NCBI GenBank assembly: GCA_050293845.1
Contig: JBNKNM010000181.1
Coordinates: 1 to 11,779, forward strand
Reading direction: 5' to 3'
DNA length: 11,779 nt
From: Pseudobacteriovorax sp.
Lineage (GTDB): Bacteria > Bdellovibrionota_B > Oligoflexia > Oligoflexales > Oligoflexaceae
In this document: piece after piece, positions 1 to 6,309 of the stretch
Position numbering within the stretch: the stretch's first letter is position 1
How the letters are laid out: every line of letters starts with the position of its first letter
Position numbers and translations under genes: made by a program
Notes under the pieces: generated by a model
Told to the model about the DNA's origin: nothing
Database searches by the model: none
What the model saw: only the letters and a program-made list of their open reading frames with translations

Positions 1-771
1 TGAAATATGAGTTTTTAGGAATAGGTGGGTGAAGGCTACAGCGAGAATACTGGAGAGGGGGACAAAAAAAGTGGCTATTACGTAGATGATCCCAAACTGG
101 AAAACATGAGCTATATCTACCAGTATGGCTGGTAGAAATATGGTAAGTATAAAAGTTACATAGTAAAGGTGGAGCTTTGCCCGCGTCGCAATCAAAAAAA
201 TTAAATTGTAGAAAATCATAGAGCCAACGACCCCAAAATAAAGAGCTTTAAAGCTATTCAGCATATACTCCCTATCAAGAAGCTCCTGCTTATGAATCAG
301 TTCAAATAAGTTAATTTGCTTGACTTCAAGGTTTAATCGAAGCCATAGGAAATCAGGTTTTTTGGTGTCAGGAATTTTGGCAACGTCGGTTAAGGAAAAA
401 AAATATTCCTGGCTTGACCCATGATGAATGCCACCCTTGATGTGCTTTAGAATATTTTTTCCTCGCACAAAATAGAAGTCGGACTCGCGGTGTTTGACAA
501 AGCTGTAAAAGTTCATATGAGGCACTTGCTCAATGCTAGTTAAGGGAAAGGCTAGCCACTTAACACCAGGAGATAGCTCGTTAGGAGTGATTTCTGAACT
601 GCAAGGGGGGGAAGGGCAAAGTTTCATAACATCGGTAATATTCAGGGAGCCATCTTGATCATCGATAATAGAGACGGCTTTGATAGATATTGTTTGGGCT
701 GAAATAACGGAAACAGTAGAAAAGCTAAGAAATGTAGCAGTTAAAGCTAGTAGTAGATTGATATAGTACAT
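1..771 (-). CDS. 7TM-DISM (7TMR-DISM_7TM)-type membrane sensor protein, N-terminal part (3' end outside window)
   Basis: Hand translation: ATG at 771-769, preceded by GGGGAGGAGCAAGGACA, open for 257 codons to the window edge. It has a signal-peptide-like start (MYYINLLLALTATFLSFSTVSVISAQ) and an extracytoplasmic region. It continues with YFGVVGSMIFYNLIFLIATRAKLHLYYVTFILTIF, matching the 7TM-DISM first-helix pattern (Y.G....M..YNL.....R....LYY), then further hydrophobic helices. The output domain is not visible. Confidence 0.8.
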   Translation of the reverse strand, partial: MYYINLLLALTATFLSFSTVSVISAQTISIKAVSIIDDQDGSLNITDVMKLCPSPPCSSEITPNELSPGVKWLAFPLTSIEQVPHMNFYSFVKHRESDFYFVRGKNILKHIKGGIHHGSSQEYFFSLTDVAKIPDTKKPDFLWLRLNLEVKQINLFELIHKQELLDREYMLNSFKALYFGVVGSMIFYNLIFLIATRAKLHLYYVTFILTIFLPAILVDIAHVFQFGIIYVIATFFVPLSSILAVAFTHLFLKTHIS

Positions 772-947
772 TGTCCTTGCTCCTCCCCATTGAATTTCCT
801 TAGGCTAGTCCCATGGAATAGGGGTTTGTCTCCATTAATATATTTTGCAGGATGAATTTAAGGAAGCTGACAGAGTAGTTTACGCTAAAATACCTGATTT
901 CACGATGCCATTTAAGTAGTATTCATTACATTAAGGGCACCAAACCT

Positions 948-969
948 GGGGCTAGACCTTACTAGCCCT
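948..969 (-). terminator. Short hairpin just downstream of the transporter stop codon (possible weak terminator or RNA-stabilising stem)
   Basis: GGGCTAG (949-955) / ACCTTA loop / CTAGCCC (962-968) is a perfect 7-bp stem 14 nt past the stop at 983. There is no clean U-tract on the - strand (AGGTTTGG). Confidence 0.35.
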
Positions 970-982
970 TAGTTGTTCTAGC

Positions 983-2305
983 TTAACCTAGCCAATCTGC
1001 GATACCAAATGCCATGACAATAGCAACACCAAGGGGGGCAATGACTCTGGTAACCCAAATCAATCCTTTACTGAGAATACCTCCCTGTCCTATTGCTTCT
1101 TCGATGGTCTTTCGAGAAACCACCCAGCCAAAAAACAGGGCAGTGAGGAGTCCCCCTAAAGGCATCAGTATATGGGTTGTCGCTTTATCGAAGAGGTCAA
1201 AGAAATTAAATACATCCGATAGAACGTTGAATGATAGGCCGCATAAGATTCCGAGAGCCCAAATAAGTGAGGCGAATACTAAGGTCCCTTTCTTTTGGGA
1301 AATGCCAAATTCCTCGGTAAAGTAGGAAACCACAACTTCTAAAAGTGAAATCGCTGAAGTTAATGCTGCGAAGGTTACAAGCGCAAAAAAAGCGGCTATG
1401 AGATAGCTGCCAATTCCCATTTGACTAAATAATGTGGGCATGGTTGAAAACATCAGTGATGGTCCGCTGCTCGGCTCCTGATCATATGTAAAAATGATTG
1501 AAAACATCACTAACCCAGCGATGAGTGCGACTAGGGTGTCTAGTACGGTCACAGCTATAGCCATCTTAGAAATACTTTCTCCCTTTTTGAGAAAACTACC
1601 GTAGGTGATCATGGCTCCCATACCTAGACTGAGGGTGAAAAAACTATGGCCTACGGCCTCTAAAATAGCCTTGCCGGTTAGCTTAGAAAAATCAGCAGCA
1701 AAGAGGAAAGAAAATGCTTGATCAAAACCCTCTAAGGAAACGGTAAAGCCCAATAGTGCGAGCAGCAGTATAAAAAAAGCAGGCATTAACACCTTGGCCC
1801 AGCGCTCGATTCCTTCTTTGATTCCTCCTATTACGATGGCAGCGGTTATGACCATAAAAATCGTATGCCAAAATACAACAGCTTGCCAATCACCAAGGAG
1901 CTTACCTAGAATACCGCCAATAGCATCGGGGCTCAGCCCTTCAAATCCGCCTGTCAGCGCTTTATACTCGAAGGATAAAATCCAGCCACCTACGACACTG
2001 TAAAAGGAAAGAATTAAGAAAGCGCTGATAATCCCCAAAAAACCTATAATACGAAAAGGAGATTTTTTTCCATGAAGCTTATCGAATGCAGTAACTGCAT
2101 TTGTTTGGGCATTTTGACCTATTGAGACTTCTGCGATAAAAATGGGAAGGCCGACAATAAGTATGGTTATTAAGTAAACAAGTACAAATGCTCCACCACC
2201 ATTTTCACCTGCTATATAGGGAAATTTCCAGATATTTCCGAGGCCGATAGCCGAACCTGATGCTGCTAAGATAAAAGCAAGCCTTCCGCTCCAATGACTT
2301 CTCAA
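983..2305 (-). CDS. Sodium-dependent transporter, NSS/SNF (LeuT/MhsT-like) family, probable amino-acid:Na+ symporter
   Basis: TM1 signature GSAIGLGNIWKFPY..GENGGGAF, TM6 FFTLSLGMGAMITYGS, TM8 FAALTSAISLLE and many hydrophobic helices. Start moved from 2344 to the TTG at 2305: GGAGGAG (2319-2313) lies 7 nt upstream, and the typical family N-terminus (R..W..R..FILA) begins there. Confidence 0.95.
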   Translation of the reverse strand: MRSHWSGRLAFILAASGSAIGLGNIWKFPYIAGENGGGAFVLVYLITILIVGLPIFIAEVSIGQNAQTNAVTAFDKLHGKKSPFRIIGFLGIISAFLILSFYSVVGGWILSFEYKALTGGFEGLSPDAIGGILGKLLGDWQAVVFWHTIFMVITAAIVIGGIKEGIERWAKVLMPAFFILLLALLGFTVSLEGFDQAFSFLFAADFSKLTGKAILEAVGHSFFTLSLGMGAMITYGSFLKKGESISKMAIAVTVLDTLVALIAGLVMFSIIFTYDQEPSSGPSLMFSTMPTLFSQMGIGSYLIAAFFALVTFAALTSAISLLEVVVSYFTEEFGISQKKGTLVFASLIWALGILCGLSFNVLSDVFNFFDLFDKATTHILMPLGGLLTALFFGWVVSRKTIEEAIGQGGILSKGLIWVTRVIAPLGVAIVMAFGIADWLG

Positions 2306-2790
2306 GGGGTGTCTCCTCCATAATACTTCACTCATATCACCCATTGTGGTAGTTGAATCGCCTCAGAGGATAGTCTTTGGAGAGATTCCTGTAAAGACCC
2401 GAGAGTCTGATGCTGGTTATTTATTGTTCCTAATCCTATAGTTTCTGCTTTTTCCTGAGCAGACCATGTCGTTTTGTAAGCCAAAACACAAATTCTCACC
2501 TGATTCCGAGAAGTCTGGATCTGGGATCTAATTTATTTTATGTAGTCATAAATATTCACTTTCTGCTTTGGCCCTTAGTAAGAAAAATCTCTATAGCGAC
2601 TTTTATTAAATTAAGGGATGTTGATTTGAGTATAGGTACGCTAAAATATACATGAGGCTAGTAAATGCGGATGGGATGATTTGAAAAATCTTGATCCGGG
2701 AATCTGCAAGATTCAGTTCAGAAATTTCCCAGAAAGCCTTGAGTAGTAGCGATTTTTTCATCCAAGTTATATTCTACAAAGGGGGAGCCT

Positions 2791-3159
2791 GTGCTAAAGG
2801 TTTTACTAGTAGACAATGAAGAAGAAGTCATAGACACCTTTAGATTTGTCTTAGCGAAATCATTACCCAATGTGGAGCTATTGTTTGCAGAAAGTGGCTA
2901 CGATGCGATGGCGATCATTGACAAAGAGAAGCCGCAAGTGGTGTTGTCCGACTATCGCATGGAAGATGGAGATGGTGGTTCCTTAGCTCACTATTGCGTT
3001 AGTAAGAATATACCTTGTGTAATTCTTACCAGTTTTTCTACAGCGGACATTATTCCTTATATTCCAGAAGGAACCTTAGTTATGGCAAAAATGGAAGTGC
3101 TCAAAAAAGGACGATTGTTAAATCTCGTCAACTCAATGTTATCCCATCAGGCCAGCTAA
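2791..3159 (+). CDS. Stand-alone response regulator receiver (CheY-like) protein
   Basis: KVLLVDNE acidic pocket, phosphoacceptor D54 (VLSDYRM), T80 (VILTS) and K100. No output domain. GTG start with GGGGGAG RBS just upstream. Confidence 0.9.
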   Translation: MLKVLLVDNEEEVIDTFRFVLAKSLPNVELLFAESGYDAMAIIDKEKPQVVLSDYRMEDGDGGSLAHYCVSKNIPCVILTSFSTADIIPYIPEGTLVMAKMEVLKKGRLLNLVNSMLSHQAS

Positions 3160-3186
3160 CTCGAAAATTTTCACATGAGTGAGGAT

Positions 3187-3435
3187 TTACTCTGGGACAG
3201 GTAACTCAAAAAATCGCTGAGAGGGGAACGACAAGAACTTACTCAAGCTGTGAACACGATCATAAAAAAAGTATTGATCCTTCCATTCGTGTTTACAAGT
3301 GTAAAAAGCGTGATTTCCGTTTTCCCAGAGATCTTCAATCAACATTAAACTTTGTGAAACGATAGGAATCAGCTCTGAGGCAGGGCCTTTCTGGAAATCT
3401 TCCAGATAGTAGCAGGAAACTAGAGCTGGCTCCAT
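3187..3435 (-). CDS. Hypothetical protein (82 aa); may be the 3' part of a disrupted gene starting at 3644
   Basis: ORF track call; GAGGT lies about 10 nt upstream of the ATG. The same frame stays open upstream to a TGA at 3513-3511 and again to 3570. No recognisable family. Confidence 0.5.
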   Translation of the reverse strand: MEPALVSCYYLEDFQKGPASELIPIVSQSLMLIEDLWENGNHAFYTCKHEWKDQYFFYDRVHSLSKFLSFPSQRFFELPVPE

Positions 3436-3527
3436 TCTCCTGTAAACCTCAAGTAAGCGTGGCTCACGTGACCATGCTTCGGATGTCCTAACTACAAGAT
3501 GCTTTCGACTTCAGTCGAGAGAGGATG

Positions 3528-3644
3528 TCACATGAGACCAGTCTTGATTGGTTTCTTTAGAACGTTCTGATCATAGACTTGCTCAAAGTACAAGGCTATT
3601 TGTTCCAAGGTTAATACTAAGTTCCAATACTTTTCGTCGCTCAT
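3528..3644 (-). CDS. Small ORF (38 aa, MSDEKYWNLVLTLEQIALYFEQVYDQNVLKKPIKTGLM); small protein or 5' fragment of a pseudogene
   Basis: Hand translation. A good RBS (AAGGGAG) sits 7 nt upstream of the ATG at 3644, with an AT-rich promoter-like region further upstream. Confidence 0.5.
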   Translation of the reverse strand: MSDEKYWNLVLTLEQIALYFEQVYDQNVLKKPIKTGLM

Positions 3645-3668
3645 GACTAAGCTCCCTTAATGATGAGG

Positions 3669-3713
3669 TTAATCAAGATTAAGAAATATTAACCTATATT
3701 AATTTTCTATCAA
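3669..3713 (-). promoter_or_regulatory. Candidate sigma70-type promoter overlapping four helically phased TTAA repeats
   Basis: On the - strand TTGATA (3713-3708), 16 nt, TAATAT (3691-3686). TTAA occurs at 3669, 3679, 3689 and 3699, and TTAATC-AA-GATTAA forms an inverted repeat at 3669-3682. Confidence 0.35.
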
Positions 3714-3782
3714 AGCAAAAAAGAGAGAAAAATCAAAAAAATAGATCAGTTATTCGGTGATATAGATAATGTCAAAGAATGG

Positions 3783-6308
3783 CTAAACAGCATGGGAATC
3801 CTTTTCATAGGATTCAATGGTCCCTTGGTGACCTTCGATATGAACCATTTCCCCATCACCTAACAACCGGCCCGCCTGGGGAACATTTAGAGCCGCTGGC
3901 ACTAAAAATATCCTGGCTAGGCTTGTAAACTGGTTAGCCTGACGACTTTGCTCAACTATGATCCCTTTGACCAACGGTAGTAATAAACTCAAGAAATAAC
4001 TATCTTGGGCTAGATAAAGGATATTGCGATTAAGCAAACATGCATAAATGTCATTATAGCAGGCTACTTTCCTTATGGCACCATTGGCATTTGTATCTGT
4101 TAATCCATGTCCTTTTATTTGTCCCCATGGAGTTACTGAGTCGGACTTCAGATTTGTGGTTATATCGTCAAATTTTGCGGGGGGGTTACGACCTCTATAT
4201 TGGGAAAACAAAAGAGCTTCCTTCTGGTTTTGCAGGTAGCTATTGCGTCTGCGTTTGATAAGGGATTTAATTTCTGTGGCATCTATGTAACCACCTAGCT
4301 CTATAGCTTCTAACTCTTCCACTAATAGAAAATGAATATCATCAGGGCTTTCAAGATAATGACAATTCGAAAGTTGGTGTCCCATTTGCGTGAGAAGACT
4401 TTTTTGGGAGGAGAAGAACGCGGCGCGCGCTAATTTAAGCTTCTCTCCTGTGGCTGTAATGGCGGAAATTTTTTTGTAGATGTTCCTGACTTCTTGAGCA
4501 AGAGGGTTATGGATTCCTGTACCAATTTCACGTAGAAAGTAAGATGGTGTGCGTTGGTGTTCTGCTATGCGAAGCCGCTCCTTGATTATCGAGAGTTGAT
4601 TCCCATAGTTGGCTAAAATCGGTAATAGAAATTTGGGTTTTGCAGATATATTGTCAAACTCAGACTTATTATCGAAAAGGCTAAGAAATCCAAACCTATC
4701 GATAAATTGTTCCAGTTCACCTGCGACTGATGGAAAATCTTGTTTTAACATATAAAAAAATTTTTCTGGACGCGAGCTGTCAAGCCTCGTAAACACCTTG
4801 TGTTCTTGAAAAGTGGTTGCTAACAGCCAAAATGCTTCAAAGTAGTCAGGGACCGGGAGGCAAATCGAATATTCCAGAGTGTGGCGTTGCCAGGGAACAC
4901 GATGCTTTTGAAGGAGATTGTCCAAGATCTCAATTTGCTCATTTTTGTCAATATTATTCTTTAAAATTTCCTGTTGTGTTAGTTTGAGGTAATGGAAAAA
5001 ATGATCAAACTTTCTAAATAATTCATCCATATTGTTTCTGTATATATTGTTTTTCGTTTGATTTTGGACTTTGCTAACAAGGTTTAAAGCTATACTTTGC
5101 TTGGAGGATAGAAAAATTGATTGCGGATGAAGTAAAGGAGATTTTATACGCCGCTGCCATTTGAAGCCTTTTGGGTATAGTGAAAGCTTAGTAGAGCCAC
5201 TAAGTAAAAAATCACAAAACTTCTCTTTCTGATTTTCAGAGGGAAGAAAGGTTGCTATTGCATGGACGACACTTGTATTCAAAAACATTTGTCCTTTGAT
5301 GTAGGAAAGCAAGTGCAGCAACTTGGGACCAAAGGTCGATAGTGTGGATTTTTCTATACCAAGAAAGCGGAGTAGCTCTTCTATCGCAGAACTATATGTT
5401 GCGCGTGAAATGGAAAATGATAATGGTGTGGTTATTCCCAAAAAACTAGAATCAAGGCTTTCACAGGACCAAATATTCTCTAGATGATTAAATTCATGTA
5501 TCGCAGGAAAATATAGAGGTTTCTTTATACTAATGAGGTGGTAACCATCATCATCTATGAAATAGTGAATCCGTAATGGATGCTGAAATTTTCTACAAAC
5601 TGCATGAACATGTGCCAGCATGGAACTTATCAATTTATTTTTAGAATCATCCAGCTTTTGTTTTTGATTGTCCATGGGATCGTTTAGTAATTGCAGCTCT
5701 TGGCTTTCCCAACAGTGAATCAAGTTTAATTTTTGTGAACAGGATTGCCACTGAATAATAGCTTCTTTGCGATTTCCAGTATTAGGGTTGGCACTGTATA
5801 TAAACGCTTCACTTGATGCTGATACTTGCTTTTGGATCATAATAGCCCCTCTAAAGGGAAGACCCCTAAGCTTTACTTCATTTGCAAGAATATGCTTGAT
5901 CGCCTGCTCTAGGGAGTGGAGCTTACTGATATTGGATATTATTCTAAAATTGGAATGATAGGCAGGCTCAGATAGAGATATCCTGAGCAGTAGTGGGCTG
6001 TTTTCATTCAACATGCCCGCAAGCGATGATCCTAAGAATTGGCTGAGATCTACTTTTTCTATGGTCTCTTGGATCATATGATGGAGCATATTGCGAGTAT
6101 TGGTGTCTTTAAGAGTTTTTTTTGCTAATTTACAAAATACGTGTGAGTTTCCATGACCAAGAATTTCATTGCAGGTGGATACTGGTATCACCCAAAATCT
6201 GGGAGTGTTCATATCTCCAGTTATTTGAGCAAGTCGATAGCACTTTATCCCTATTTCTTCTATACTGCTGTCGATACATTCCAGTTGGTTGAGAACTTTT
6301 TGGGACAT
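3783..6308 (-). CDS. PEP-synthase / rifampicin-phosphotransferase (RPH/PigC)-like three-domain protein, catalytically degenerate
   Basis: N-terminal ATP-grasp remnants: IGIK..RL, TPRFWVI, PLLLRIS, AIMIQKQV..S..FIYSANPNTGNRKEAII. Central domain starts IWSCESLDSSFLGITTPLSFS and includes FIDRFG and PDDIHFLLVEEL. C-terminal mobile His domain GIIVEQSRQANQFTSLARIFLVPA...GDGEMVHIEGHQGTI has Gln at the phospho-His position. Start taken as ATG 6308 (GAGGT RBS, 1 nt after the upstream stop) rather than 6320. Confidence 0.85.
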   Translation of the reverse strand: MSQKVLNQLECIDSSIEEIGIKCYRLAQITGDMNTPRFWVIPVSTCNEILGHGNSHVFCKLAKKTLKDTNTRNMLHHMIQETIEKVDLSQFLGSSLAGMLNENSPLLLRISLSEPAYHSNFRIISNISKLHSLEQAIKHILANEVKLRGLPFRGAIMIQKQVSASSEAFIYSANPNTGNRKEAIIQWQSCSQKLNLIHCWESQELQLLNDPMDNQKQKLDDSKNKLISSMLAHVHAVCRKFQHPLRIHYFIDDDGYHLISIKKPLYFPAIHEFNHLENIWSCESLDSSFLGITTPLSFSISRATYSSAIEELLRFLGIEKSTLSTFGPKLLHLLSYIKGQMFLNTSVVHAIATFLPSENQKEKFCDFLLSGSTKLSLYPKGFKWQRRIKSPLLHPQSIFLSSKQSIALNLVSKVQNQTKNNIYRNNMDELFRKFDHFFHYLKLTQQEILKNNIDKNEQIEILDNLLQKHRVPWQRHTLEYSICLPVPDYFEAFWLLATTFQEHKVFTRLDSSRPEKFFYMLKQDFPSVAGELEQFIDRFGFLSLFDNKSEFDNISAKPKFLLPILANYGNQLSIIKERLRIAEHQRTPSYFLREIGTGIHNPLAQEVRNIYKKISAITATGEKLKLARAAFFSSQKSLLTQMGHQLSNCHYLESPDDIHFLLVEELEAIELGGYIDATEIKSLIKRRRNSYLQNQKEALLFSQYRGRNPPAKFDDITTNLKSDSVTPWGQIKGHGLTDTNANGAIRKVACYNDIYACLLNRNILYLAQDSYFLSLLLPLVKGIIVEQSRQANQFTSLARIFLVPAALNVPQAGRLLGDGEMVHIEGHQGTIESYEKDSHAV

Positions 6309-6309
6309 A

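Noticed and set aside
25..135. 36-aa + strand ORF (VGEGYSENTGEG...YQYGW)
   Set aside because: It lies antisense to the transmembrane part of the well-supported 7TM-DISM gene, so it is a shadow frame.
1014..1325. 103-aa + strand ORF from the track
   Set aside because: Entirely antisense to the NSS transporter, with no recognisable motifs.
1794..2003. 69-aa + strand ORF from the track
   Set aside because: Antisense shadow of the NSS transporter.
2332..2499. 55-aa GTG-started - strand ORF upstream of the transporter
   Set aside because: No convincing RBS, no motif and no amino-acid run suggesting a leader peptide.
2440..2510. Possible glycine riboswitch (CTCAGGAAAAAG on the - strand resembles the CUCAGG...AAAAG element)
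   Set aside because: The other conserved elements (GGAGA and CCGAAG in the correct order on the same strand) are absent.
3159..3186. Bidirectional terminator between the convergent genes (GAAAATTTTC palindrome)
   Set aside because: AT-rich stem with no loop and no U-tracts; too weak to call.
3505..3518. In-frame TGA as a selenocysteine or programmed readthrough codon
   Set aside because: The hairpin contains the TGA rather than lying 3' of it as a bacterial SECIS would. There is no redox-motif context, and a frameshift would still be needed.
4040..4258. 72-aa + strand ORF from the track
   Set aside because: Antisense to the dikinase-like gene; no supporting features.
5767..5958. 63-aa + strand ORF from the track
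   Set aside because: Antisense shadow of the dikinase-like gene.
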